Positions 52,173 through 64,000 of a DNA stretch of 64,000 bases are shown piece by piece; the stretch's first letter is position 1; each line of letters begins with the position of its first letter. The notes beneath the pieces were generated by a model. The model was given only the letters and a program-made list of their open reading frames with translations. It was not told the DNA's origin and did no database searches. The translations under genes were made by a program, and so were the position numbers. This DNA is from Narcine bancroftii (Eukaryota), in contig NC_091469.1 in assembly GCF_036971445.1 (NCBI RefSeq), positions 402,814,001 to 402,878,000 on the forward strand, given 5' to 3'.

Positions 52173-53420
52173 CATGTCGATACCCAGGCCTTTGAAGGAC
52201 CTTTTGAAGTAGTCTTTATAACATTTCTTCTGCTCCCTGACTGAGCGCTTGCCCTGACACAGTTCTGTAAAGATGTCCAGCCCACCTGGCTTGGGCTTTC
52301 AGCAGGAGGGTGTAGACGCTGCAAAGCCCAGCACGTTCCAGGATTTCCATGTCGAGGACTTTGTCCTGCCACCTGATGTGGAGGAGTCTGCGGAGACTGC
52401 TCAAGTGAAAGTTGTTGAGTTGTTGCATGTCTGCTATAGACAGTCCAGGTCCCACTGACATAAAGGAGGGTGGTAAGGACCATTGCAGAGTAGACCTTCA
52501 GCTAGGTAGTAAGGCTGAGTCCTCTCTGTTCCCAGACATTCTCATGGAGACTCCCAAAGGCGGTGCTGGGTTTATCAATCCTGTTGCTGACCTCAGCATC
52601 TATGTTCACTGCGCGAGAGAATATGCTGCCCAGGTAGGTGAAGTTGTCGACTGCCTGAAGGTTCTAGCCCTTCACTGTAATGCGCAGCTTCTGGTATGGC
52701 TTTCCTGAGGAAGGCTGGTACATAACTTTGGTTTTTTTGGTGCTGATAGTGAGACCAAAGTTGTCGCAGGCTTGTGAGAAGCAGTTCATTTCATGCTGCC
52801 TCTTCTGCTCTGTGCTGGCGTTGAGTGCACAGTCACCTTGTTTGCTGAAGTCTCTGATGACAGTTTCTTGCACCTTTGAAACTGCCTGCAGGCGCCTGAG
52901 GATGAACAACCTGCCGTCGGTCCTGTACCTGACGTGGATTCTTCCTTCATAGTTACGAAAGTCATCTGTCAGCATGGCAGAGAATACCATACTGAACAGA
53001 GTCGGGGTGAGAACGCAGCCTTGTTTGACATTACTTGTCACTGGGAAGCTTAGTGTAGATTTACGGAACAGACTTGATGGGCCTAGTGGCCTGCTTCTGT
53101 TCCTTTGTCTTGTGATCTTGTGACTCATCGCCGTCATCCAGAACTTTCACCATCATACCATCATGGAACTGCCTGACGATTGTGATGAACTTGCTGGGGC
53201 AGCCAAACTTCTCCATGATCTTCCGCAAGCATTCTCTGCTGATCGTATCGAAAGCCTTAGTTAGATCAGCAAAGGTCATGTAAAAGTCGCTGTGTGGCTC
53301 CTGGTATTTTTCCTGGAGTTGGCGCACAGCAAAAATTATGTTCACAGTCCCACGTTCAGCACGGAAGCCGCACTGGCTTTCTAGGAGCAGACCTTGCTCA
53401 AGATGAGCAGGATGCAGGCC
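52173..53420 (-). mobile_element. Older RTE-clade LINE (different family) nested in CR1, itself interrupted by a plus-strand CR1 tail at about 53045-53122
   Basis: Peptides ESQCGFRAERGT, DLTKAFDTISRE, VKQGCVLTPTLFS, FGLTISTKKTKVM. Confidence 0.85.
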
Positions 53421-53870
53421 AAAATCCACACATTTATCCACATTAAACTGCATCTTACCCAACCTGTCCAAGTCACCCTGCATTCTCATAACATCCTCCT
53501 CACATTTCACACAGTCACCCAGCTTTGTGACATCTGCAAACTTGCTAATGTTGCTTTTAATCCCTTCATCTAAAACATTAATGTATATTATAAATAACTG
53601 CAGTCCCAGCAATGAGCTTAGTCTACCCCATTAGTCTCTGCTTACCACACTGAAAAGGACCCATTAATCCCTACTCTGTTTCCTGTCTGCCAACCAATTT
53701 TCAATCCATGTCAGTACCCTACCCCAATACCATGCGTTCTAATTTTGCCCATTAATCTCCTATGTGGGACCTTATCAAAGGCTTTCAGAAAGTCCAGGTA
53801 CACTACATCCACTGACCTACCCTTGTCCATTTTCATAGTTACATCCTCAAAAAATTTCATAAGATTAGTC

Positions 53871-53893
53871 TGTAGTCGTGCACTACTCGAAAG

Positions 53894-53928
<35 letters not shown>

Positions 53929-54266
53929 TGTATGTAGTCAGGTTAAGCTCTGAGTTTTATTAGGGCTTAGGCCTGACTTTTACACTTGTGTTGCTCCCAC
54001 CGTGGCCCTCCTTGGCTGACATCACAACATGCATAACAAAAGAGGGTACTTTCCTGCATAAAAATGCCCTTCCCCATGCACTGTCCCTCTCTGTTGGCTG
54101 TGCAGCAAGGCCAGTACCATTTTGGGGTTACTGGCCCTTAAGCTGCACTTGCCGTTTAGCCACCGGTTCGCTGGTTGGCGCCAGTGCCGCTAGGCATGCT
54201 CCTGGCCTTCGGTTGTGCTCGCCGCCCGGAGGAGCGGATCAATCGCCATCGTGCTGGGCCGCCACA
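53871..54266 (-). mobile_element. Solo LTR (Gypsy-like), 396 bp, containing (CA)n
   Basis: TG...CA ends; 4-bp TSD AGTC at 53867-53870 and 54267-54270; AATAAA on the minus strand at about 53955-53961. Confidence 0.85.
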
Positions 54267-54914
54267 AGTCAAGCATTATTTCCCCTTCATAAATCCATGC
54301 TGACTTGGACTGATCTTGTCCAAATGTGCTGTTATTTCATCTTTTATCATTGACTCCAGCATCTTCTCCACCATTAATGTCAGGCTAACTTGTTTACAAT
54401 TCTCAGTTTTCTCTCTTCCTCCTTTCTTAAAAAAGTGGACCAACATTAACCACCCTCCAACCTGCAGGAAATGATCCTGAATCTATAGAACACTGGAAAA
54501 TTATCACCAATGCATTTATGATTCAGTTTGTTCTGATCACATTTTGATGCATTTGGGTGATTTAAGATAGAACAAAATACCTCAGTGTGAACTTAAATGT
54601 GCATTATATTAAGCATAGGTTAAATTACAGTTAATTGTGTGACTTACATTTGAACTATGGCACAATTAATTTCTAGACCACTATTTTTCATTCACAACAG
54701 TCTGGGTGTGTATATATTTATATAAAAATCAAGCTACATTTGGGTCCAATAATTTCATCAAAATAAACTGGATACACTTACTCTCTGGAAACATCACACT
54801 TGACTTAAGTTTGCCTTTCCATTAAAAAAAAACAATTCCAATTTGTGCAATTTTTTTTAGAATATGCGTATCCAAATGGGAACCAGTTGCAGCAACATTG
54901 ACAATATATATGTT

Positions 54915-55015
54915 ATCTCAGCTTACCAAACGGGTACATATACTGGTGACTAGCTACCATTCACACTGAAATCTGTTGCAGTCACCATATATGCACCCGT
55001 TTGGTAAGCTGAGAT
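54915..55015. repeat. Inverted repeat (hairpin), arms 37 and 36 bp, spacer 28 nt
   Basis: ATCTCAGCTTACCAAACGGGTACATATACTGGTGACT pairs with AGTCACCATATATGCACCCGTTTGGTAAGCTGAGAT with one mismatch and one bulge. Confidence 0.93.
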
Positions 55016-55199
55016 CATTTCATCTTGTGCTGGTTCTGCTCTGCCCAATGGATGTAAGAAATGCGTGATCAGTTCAGAGAAATATAGTGAAATGAGATGA
55101 AAACAGGCAAACTTTAAGTTTGATAACAAGCCAGTGTGTAGCCACATCTACTATTAACACCATAGGGAAGGGAAAGGATAAAAAAAACAAAGAACATGT

Positions 55200-56290
55200 G
55201 CAATCTCAACACCAAATAAATGCACGTTGCTCAACTATACTCCCTCAAACCCTACGATGCTACAATTAAATACCTTTAGATCCATCTATAAATTTGCCAA
55301 TAACAGTGTGGTGGTGGGATGAGTATCAAATATTAATGAGTTGGAAAACAAGCAAGAATTTAAAAGTCTAGTGGCATGGTGCCAAAATAACCTCTATTTG
55401 AATGTTCATACATTGAAGGTGATAATGTCACTGTCTTTTGGCAAGGGGGCAGGCTGCATTAACGGTGCTTGAGTTGAAAGAGTAGATAGCTTCAAGTTAT
55501 TTGGAGTAACTGACTCCAATGACCTGACCTCTTTTAAAAAAAAATATTATTTACAGCAAGGTTCTGGCTATTTAAACCTGTGCCATCCAATTACATTCAA
55601 ATTAACCTATAATCCATACATGTTCGAGGGTGGGAAGAAACCGGATATATCGGGGAAAACCCACACAGACACAGGGAGAGCATACATACATCTTTTAGAC
55701 AGCACCAGTTACAAACTCAGGTTTTTGCCACTATAATTGCATTGCACTGACTGCTACGTTAACTGTGCAACAGTTAAGAAATCGCAGCAATGCCCCTCAC
55801 TCTTCAGAAGACTAAGAAAGTTCGGCATGCCGCTCCACCCTCAACAACCTCTGCAGGTGCACTGTAGAGAGCAAGGAATCTGCTCTGATCATGCTATGGA
55901 ATGTAGTGAATGCAGCTCTGAATGTAACGCAAACTTCCCTTCACTCCATGGCCACCATCTACATCCTCCACTGTCGAGGAAAGGCAGCCAATATACTTAA
56001 GGACTCATCGCGCCCCAGACAAAATCTTTTCTTTCTTCTCCCATTTGGGAGAATGGTTAAGAGTGTGAAAAATTTACAGACATTTTTTATTAAATCCCTG
56101 CAGCCATTAGGCTCCTGAATAATTGCACAATAATCCTCTCATGCTGCCTTTACTTAGTGGTAATTGAGCTTACTTTCCATTATAATCCTAAACTCATTAC
56201 AGGGCTCTATGTATGTTAGAGATAACCTCCCAGTATGCTTTCAGATGGACTCTTTTCACTGTACAAAGTATTTTGTGACAAATATACAAT
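55200..56290 (+). mobile_element. Old Rex1/Babar fragment interrupted by a minus-strand SINE (about 55545-55770)
   Basis: Remnants FKLFGVT, FRRLRKFGM, KAANILKDS..P...FFLLPFGR; SINE core gtgggaagaaaccgg...aaacccacacagacacagggag. Confidence 0.65.
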
Positions 56291-56299
56291 CAATATGAT

Positions 56300-56700
56300 T
56301 ATGAAACAGCAATTTTGAGTGTTAGTAGAATTGGGAAAAAAAACATCAATGCTATGGTTTGTGGATCAAAACCATTACTGTGTATGACTTAGCTTAATGA
56401 TTATCTAGGAAAAGGCTAAGAGTCTTCACAAAAGCTTAAAGCTAGGAAGTGTGACATGGAGAACATATCTGTGGCATGGTGGTTTATTTTGTTTTAAGGC
56501 TCATGAAAATTTACATTATGTGCAAGTGAGTGATGAGGATGTGGTTATTAAATAGGAGGCAGCCAAGATACTTCCAAAAATATTAGCTGAAATCATTGAT
56601 GAAATGGGTTATTTGCTTGGGCAAATGTGACAAGACTAGTTTATTTTGGGAAAAATGACCACATCAGAAGTTCTTTGTGAAGGAGAGGAAATCAATGGGG
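56300..56700 (+). mobile_element. Tigger/pogo transposase remnant
   Basis: Broken motifs EKAKSL, W-F-x-F-K, EAAKILPKILAEIIDEMGY and tttattttgggaaaaatg (LFWEKM; compare DETGLFWKKMP). Confidence 0.6.
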
Positions 56701-56704
56701 TCAG

Positions 56705-57330
56705 ATTTAGTTCAAAGTTAAAATTCAGATTTATTGTCAGAGTACATACATGACATCACATATGATACTTTAGCCTGTGGTCCAGACAGAATTTCTACTT
56801 ATTTGTAGTGCAATGACTATACTGAAGAAAGGATAGGTTTACAAAAGAGAAAAATGTAAACAAAGAATTTGGAACAAACTGTATAATACAATATTCAATA
56901 ATAAAGAATATGCAAAGTCAGAGCCCTTGAATGAGTCTCTGATTGAGTTTGTTGTTTGATGATGGAGGAATAGCAACTGTTCTTGAACCTGGTGGTGTGA
57001 GTCTTATGGCACTGATACCTCTTTCCTGATGACAGCAGCAAAAACAGAGCATGTGCTGGGTGGCGTGGATCCTTATGATTGCTGCAGCGTTCCTTGTAGA
57101 TTTTCTTGATGGTGGGTTGTTTTGCCTGTGATGTACTGCACTGTGTCTACTACATTTTTCAGGGCTTCCCGCTCAGAAATATTGGTACCCCATATCAGGT
57201 CATGATACAGCCAGTCACTACACTTCCTACTACATATCTATAGAAGTTTGCCGGGGCTTTCAATGTCATACCAAACCTCCGTAAGCTCCCGAGAAAGTAG
57301 AGGCACTGACACACTTTCTTCACGATGACC
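56705..57330 (-). mobile_element. Rex1/Babar LINE 3' end
   Basis: Same family as 15335-16175 and 35315-36355 (tttattgtcagagtacataca tail; ctctttcctgatgacagcagc). Confidence 0.82.
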
Positions 57331-57975
57331 CTTGTAAGAGTTAAAATGTGTTTAATCCTCATCACTTGTCTGCACTTTTCTTTTGTTTAACATATTTTGT
57401 AGAGGCTAAAATTATATAGTTTCTGTATTAGTATATTTATGGTACTGCTTGTTTAGAATTTTTGCCAATTCTGTTAAGGTTCTGGAGTCTGGGTTTTTGA
57501 AAATGTGAGGGGGGTTGTTCAGTTTGTCACTGTGGATCAAGCAAGAAGTCTTGTTTGATGATTGATAGGAATATGTTTTGATAATGTTTGTTGACCTCAA
57601 CCTCAAGCTATGGCATTTTAAATACCTCAAGCTATCTTAACTATTTCAAACTATCAAGTCATTTCAAAAAATTGTAATTATTAACAATGTTTCTGCAACT
57701 GAAGAAATCATATATGAAATGCAACACAGTTTGAAATTAAACTGAACATATTGTTGGCTTACATTATGGAACAGAGAATGAGATGACTGTCAATCATCTA
57801 TGTTAAACATACTGACATTCAGAAGAGAATAGGTCTCTACATTTGTTAACAAACATGACATTGATTGTGGTTGAAATCTTTTATTAAGAAAGTGAAATTT
57901 GAATGTAAATATTCCATGTAAACCAGTGGAATCTGTCTGCAAGCGTTGGAATGTTCAGAGTTTAAATTGAACCAG

Positions 57976-58531
57976 TTTCTTTTCTTCTTTGGCTTGGCTT
58001 CACGGATGAAGATTTATGGAGGGGTAATGTCCACATCAGCTGCAGGCTCGTTTGTGGCTGACAAGTCCGATGCAGACACGGTTGCAGCGGTTGCAAGGGA
58101 AAATTGGTTGGTTGGGGTTGGGTGTTGGGTTTTCCTCCTTTGTCTTTTGTCAGTGAGGTGGGCTCTGCGGTCTTCTTCAAAGGAGGTTGCTGCCCGCCGA
58201 ACTATGAGGTGCCAAGATGCACGGTTTGAGGCGATATCAGCCCACTGGCGGTGGTCAATGTGGCAGGCACCATGAGCTTTCTTTAGGCAGTCCTTGTACC
58301 TCTTCTTTGGTGCACCTCTGTCTCGGTGGCCAGTGGAGAGCTCGCCATATAACACGATCTTGGGAAGGCGATGGTCCTCCATTCTGGAGACTTGACCTAC
58401 CCAGCGCAGTTTGATCTTCAGCAGCGAGGATTCAATGCTGTCGGCCTCTGCCATCTCGAGTACTTCGATGTTGAAGATGAAGTCGCTCCAATGAATGTTG
58501 AGGATGGAGCGGAGGCAACGCTGGTGGAAGC
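57976..58531 (-). mobile_element. RTE LINE 3' fragment (second subfamily)
   Basis: Peptide LRWVGQVSRMEDHRLPKIVLYGEL...; family 3' motif. Confidence 0.93.
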
Positions 58532-58759
58532 ATTTACAGCTTTGTAAATGACCTTTAAGATAAGGAGTTTGTATTTGACTGTCTGTGTAGCGGAGAATTT
58601 TCAGGTTACCAGGTTGTGAAGATTCTTAAAGGAGCCACACCACTGCTTCATCCTAGGATTTCTACAAAGGAAAGGTTTTGTGTCTGAATCAGATTGGAGG
58701 AATCAGGCCTTTGTTACCAGCCGAAGACAAACTGCTGTGATTCGCCAGCTTCTGATACT

Positions 58760-61700
58760 TCATGGAAGTGAGGGTTCAGGAGAGCTTTAGGATGAATTAC
58801 GACAGCGCAGTTTCAGCACGGATGGAACCAAAGCAATCCTGATGGAAAGACTATGGGATGCAATAGAAACAGAGAAGATATCAGCAATTGAGAAGAAACC
58901 TGGGATCAGTCAAGAGCAAGTGGCATCAGATGAACAGCTAGCCAGTGGCTGGTAAATGGCTCAAGGAGTATCACAAGAATGTGACAAGGAAGTAGAATAA
59001 AGAAGATAGATGTATCTGATCCTAAGGAAAAGGTAAACATCACAATGTCACATGATTTACAAGAGGAAATACAACCAGAAGATAGTATATCAAATGCAGG
59101 AATTAAACGAAGCAAGCGAAGTTCAAATGCAATTTCCAAGGTTTCGAGTACTGCATCAAGGCATGAAAAGGTATGTGTTAATATGGCTGTTCTTTATACA
59201 AAGGAAAAGGCACTTAAGGATAAATAGGCTTTCGATAAATGGGAGTTGCAACATAAGGAGCAACAAAGAGTAGAAGAGGAGTAATTAAGAATGGAGGAAG
59301 AGCACATGAATTCTGAGTTAAAGAAAAGAGAACAGCAGGAGGTGCAAGCGAACATTGCTGGGTAAAACAGTAGTGAAGATAGTAGATGCTTCATAAGAAT
59401 CTAAAATGAGAACCAACTTGTCATGAGTATCCATTGGTAAAGAAATATGTTTTAATAAAGCTCAAAGTGAAAGGGAAACCTATAATGTGGTACAGCAGAC
59501 ACAAGGTGTGTACCAGTCTGAATAAATTGTGTCAAGACATGGCACTGATTTAGGTGTCATAAGGAAGTGGGTACCTTTCTACATTCGGTTTGTTATATGA
59601 GACGGTTAAAACTTTTTTGGAATAAAATTAAGGAATTTTTGGAGGTTATGTTTAAATTTAAAATTTTACTTGAGCCTAAGGTATTTTTATTGGGTTATAT
59701 TTTTAAAAAATGAGTTTGGAATTAAAATTAGATACATTTCAAGTGTTTTTTAAGACTAGCAGTGACTAGGAAATGTCTTGCAGTTACATGGAAAAATGAG
59801 ACTAAATTGAGTAGATCTCCTCCTCCTCTTTCTTTTTTCTCTTCTTTCTTTCAGGGTAGTTTAGGAGGAAGTTGGGTGGGTTGGGGGGTTGGGGTTATGT
59901 GGGATAAAACACTATGAATTGGATAGTATATTGATTGTATGATTTATTATTGTTTATAAATAAAATTTAAAAAATAAAAGATGGCAATGATAATTAACAA
60001 ATGCCATTGAAGATTAGTGGAGGTAGAGGTATAAGTGAAAGTCATTCTCTGTACAGTGAGTACTTGGCATTGCCATCAGTCAGGAATACAGATGAAAGAA
60101 TGGAAAGACCAATTCCAGCAACAACATTACCTGGAGGGAAAAGTGACGTACACACGAGCTTGACAAGGCAACCAGAATTTGTTTCATTGGTTACACTCTT
60201 TGTTTTCTTTGCCTAAAGTAGAAATTCAAGTTTTTAGTGGTAACTTATTACAGTATTGAATGTTCATGAGATCCTTTGAACATGGCATTGAAAGCAAAAA
60301 TGAAGATCTTGTGGAATGTCTGTATTATTTAGAATAGTTTACAAGTGGATTACCGAGGAAATTGGTAAAAGGTTGTCATCTTATGCCACTAGCAGATGGA
60401 TTTAAAGAAGCCAAGGGGTTACTGAAGAAACATTTTGGCAGTGAGCATAAGATTGCTACACCATACAATGCAAATATTCTTTCATGGTCATCAATTAAAG
60501 CAGAAGACACAAAGGGTTTACAAGATTACTCTCCATTTCTAAGAGTATGTTGTAATGCTATGGCTGAAATTGACAATTTGTCGGAGCTTTATTTGCAAAT
60601 TTGAAGATTATTATAAGTAAACTACCTTATAGGATGAGAGACTCATGGAGTGTTTTCATTAATGAATATGAGCGAGGTTACTTTTATAAATATGGTAGAA
60701 TTTATGGAGGAACAAATGGATATTGTAATGGATCCGGTATATGGTAATATCAAAGGCACTTTTACTTCAAGTAAAGATGTAAAGTATAAGGCATAGTCTC
60801 CTCAGAAAACAAAGGGAAATGCTTTTGCCACAACTATATCTGTTGAGAATAAAGAGAAGAAAAGAAAGGAGTGAAGGAAAAGGAATTAAAGCCTGCTGAG
60901 TAGAGCTATTGGTTCTGTAAAGAAGTTGCTTTGGAAACATGTTCATAGAATAAGAAGAAAATGCATAATGAAAAAAAAATTACCCTTTTGAAGGGAAACG
61001 GGATATGTTTTGGCTGTTTGTGTAAAGGACACATCAGCAAAGATTGCAAGAAACAACTCAACTGCCACATACACAATTTGAAGCATCCTAGGATACTGCA
61101 TATTTTACAAGAAAAGAAAGTAACCAAAAAGGAGCAAAATGAAATCAAGAAAGCAGCTAAACAAGAGGTCTGAGTCCCAGTCCAAAGGTGAAAATGATTG
61201 CAAGCTTCTTATAGTACCTGTACAAGTCCAAAAAAGGAAATGCAATAATATATACATATGCATTTCTTATTGCATGTAGTACTGCATCATTTTGTACAGG
61301 GGAATTAATGAACAAGCTCAAACTACAAGGAATAAAGTCAAACATACTTTTGAAGACTAAGGGTCAAGAAAGGCTTATATAAACTAATTTAGTTTCAGAT
61401 TTAGAAATCGCTGCGGTCAATAGCAATGAATTTTATGCTCACAAAGAAAATATCCCACATCTAAATGATATCAAACATTGGTCTTACCTTAGAGAAGTTT
61501 ATCTATCTGAAACTGACTCCGAGATAGAGATGTTGGTTGGTCTAGATGTACCAAAGGCTTTGAAACCATTGTCTGTAATACGGAGTGTGGGAAAAGGACC
61601 TTATGCAGTGAAAACTACACTTGGGTGGACAATCAATGGACCATAGGTGGAAGAAATAAGATTCAAGATGAATCTGTTGCAACTGTTAACAAGATATCAG

Positions 61701-63040
61701 TTGTTAAGATGGAAGAATTGTGGGAACAACAGTTCCAGAATGATTTTCCAGAGTGCTGTAATGATGATCATGAATCTTCAAAGGAAGATCAGCAGTTTTT
61801 GGAGAAGCTTATTATTGTATTTGACTACCATTAAAGAAAGAAGAAATATGCATGGCGGACAATAAATATATTGCTGCACAGCATGGGTTAAATTTAAAGG
61901 GAAAATTTAAGAAAGCTATCTCCTTTTGTCTGGACTATACCAAGAGTATGTCTGATATAATAACCGAAGGCTACACTGAAAAGGTACCAGATGAAACTTT
62001 GGAATGTACTGATGGTAAGTAATGGTATCTACCACATCAAAGAGTTTGGCATCCACAGAAGAAAAAAAAGTAGTATTTGATTGTGGAGCAACATTTCATG
62101 GAGTTTCTTTAAATTCACATCTTTTACAAGGGCCAGATTTGACCAGCTCATTGTTTGGCATTTTAACTAGATTCTGTAAAGAATCTATTGTCATTATTGC
62201 AGACATTGAAGCAATGTTTCACCAAGTGAAAGTACCAAGGACAGACTGTGATTTATTACGGTTTCTTTGGTGGCCTGATGGGGATTACAATAAGAGTGTG
62301 GTAGAATAAAGAATGATAATGCATTTCTTTGGAGCAACTTCATCACCAAGTTGTGCGAATTATGCCCTTAGGAAATGTCCTGAAGACAATAAGAATCAAT
62401 TTAGCTTTCAAGCTATAAATACTATCATGAATAACTTTTATGTTGATGACTGCCTGGTTTCTGCTACTTCACAAGAGGAGGCAATTACTCTAATATCGAG
62501 AACTACAAGTGATATGTTCCAAAGGAGTGTTTTTACTTACAAAATAGATAAGTAACAGCTGTTGTGTGTATTGGCTAAAATATCTGATGCACAAAAGACA
62601 GTAGAAATAAAAGACTTGGATTAAGAATGTAATGATTTTCCTGTGTAGAGTGTTAGGAGTACAATGGTATATTTAATCTGATGTCTTCGAGTTCAAGATT
62701 ACCTTGAAAGACATACCTACTACCAGAAGGGGGATCCTTTCCATAGTTAGTTTGATATATAATCCCTTGGGAATACTGGTACCAGTTGGCCTAATTACTA
62801 AGAAAATCTTGCAAGATTTGTGTAGAAAAGGAATTGGTTGGGATGATGTTATACCTGACTCGAATGCACAAGAATGGTGAGTTGGAATCAAGATCTTTAC
62901 AAGCTGGAAAACTTTAAAGTCAACAGATCTTTCAAACCCACAAATTTTGGAAAAGTGACATCAGCACAATTGCACCATTTTGCTGATGCGTGTGAAGATA
63001 GTTACGGAGCTGTCAGGTATTTACTATTGCATAATAAGCA
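58760..63040 (+). mobile_element. Degenerate BEL/Pao LTR retrotransposon gag-pol
   Basis: Zinc knuckle CFGCLCKGHISKDC; RT motifs [47 protein letters not shown]; Pao RNase H start LHHFADACEDSYGAV; many stops and frameshifts; cut by RTE at about 63041. Confidence 0.9.
59550..59980 (+). mobile_element. L1/Tx1 3' fragment inserted in the BEL gag region
   Basis: GTFLH motif (ggtacctttctacat), RKCLAVTWKN, G-rich 3' UTR, AATAAA and an A-rich tail. Confidence 0.65.
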
Positions 63041-63071
63041 GGATGGTAGTCATGGTGAGCGGCAACTAACT

Positions 63072-64000
63072 AGGCGCCTGCAAGCTCACACAAAGACACA
63101 AGAGTAACTTGTCCGTGAACTACTCTTTGCAGACGATGCCGCTTTAGTTGCCCATTCAGAGCCAGCTCTTCAGCGCTTGACGTCTTGCTTTGCGGAAACT
63201 GCCAAAATGTTTGGCCTGGAAGTCAGCCTGAAGAAAACAGAGGTCCTGCATCAGCCAGCTCCCCACCATGACTACCAGCCCCCCCACATCTCCATCGGGC
63301 ACACAAAACTCAAAACGGTCAACCAGTTTACCTATCTCGGCTGCACCATTTCATCAGATGCAAGGATCGACAATGAGATAGACAACAGACTCGCCAAGGC
63401 AAATAGCGCCTTTGGAAGACTACATAAAAGAGTCTGGAAAAACAACCAACTGAAAAACCTCACAAAGATAAGCGTATACAGAGCCGTTGTCATACCCACA
63501 CTCCTGTTCGGCTCCGAATCATGGGTCCTCTACCGGCACCACCTACGGCTCCTAGAACGCTTCCACCAGCGTTGTCTCCGCTCCATCCTCAACATCCATT
63601 GGAGCGCTTTCATCCCTAACGTCGAAGTACTCGAGATGGCAGAGGTCGACAGCATCGAGTCCACGCTGCTGAAGATCCAGCTGCGCTGGATGGGTCACGT
63701 CTCCAGAATGGAGGACCATCGCCTTCCCAAGATCCTGTTATATGGCGAGCTCTCCACTGGCCGCCGTGACAGAGGTGCACCAAAGAAAAGGTACAAGGAC
63801 TGCCTAAAGAAATCTCTTGGTGCCTGCCACATTAACCACCGCCAGTGGGCTGATAACGCCTCAAACCGTGCATCTTGGTGCCTCACAGTTTGGCGGGCAG
63901 CAACCTCCTTTGAAGAAGACCGCAGAGCCCACCTCACTGACAAAAGACAAAGGAGGAAAAACGCAACACCCAACCCCAACCAACCAATTTTCCCCTGCAA
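63072..64000 (+). mobile_element. Young RTE LINE, runs off the window end
   Basis: RRLQAHTKTQE*LVRELLFADDAALVAH... near-identical to copy A. Confidence 0.95.

Larger units (their letters stand above)
51415..54520 (-). mobile_element. CR1 LINE hosting nested insertions
   Basis: Peptides RRMRGDLIE, LVRPHLKYCAQFWSP, ISKFADVTKLG and VDVVYLDFLKAFDKVPH occur in collinear order around the inserts. Confidence 0.85.

Noticed and set aside
29700-64000. A tandem AHR paralog or neighbouring gene downstream
   Set aside because: No bHLH/PAS or other host exon recognised; small exons could have been missed by eye.

Overview
This is a eukaryotic (vertebrate) genomic window; the repeat landscape (CR1, Rex1/Babar, Penelope, tRNA-derived V-SINE-like elements) points to a cartilaginous fish, which is an inference. 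The only host gene I can support is the 3' part of an aryl hydrocarbon receptor gene (AHR, + strand). Five GT-AG exons (2593-2795, 13138-13247, 16588-16729, 18876-20637, 25377-25529) splice in frame to 789 codons plus stop, covering PAS-B and the transactivation domain. A long, nearly TE-free putative 3' UTR follows to about 29650. The Q-rich subdomain carries an unusual 396-bp His/Gln coding minisatellite. Introns and the 34 kb downstream are mostly transposon debris: CR1, Rex1/Babar, L1/Tx1, Penelope, two MITEs, a Tigger fragment, two probable solo LTRs and a decayed BEL/Pao element with a SAP-like N-terminus. There are also nine copies of a very young RTE LINE. Two of these copies sit in tandem at one triplicated target site, both 5'-inverted, and several copies reuse the same internal breakpoints. 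An isolated ~100-nt near-perfect hairpin lies at 54915-55015. All family assignments come from motif recognition by eye, not database searches, and the boundaries of old TEs are approximate.
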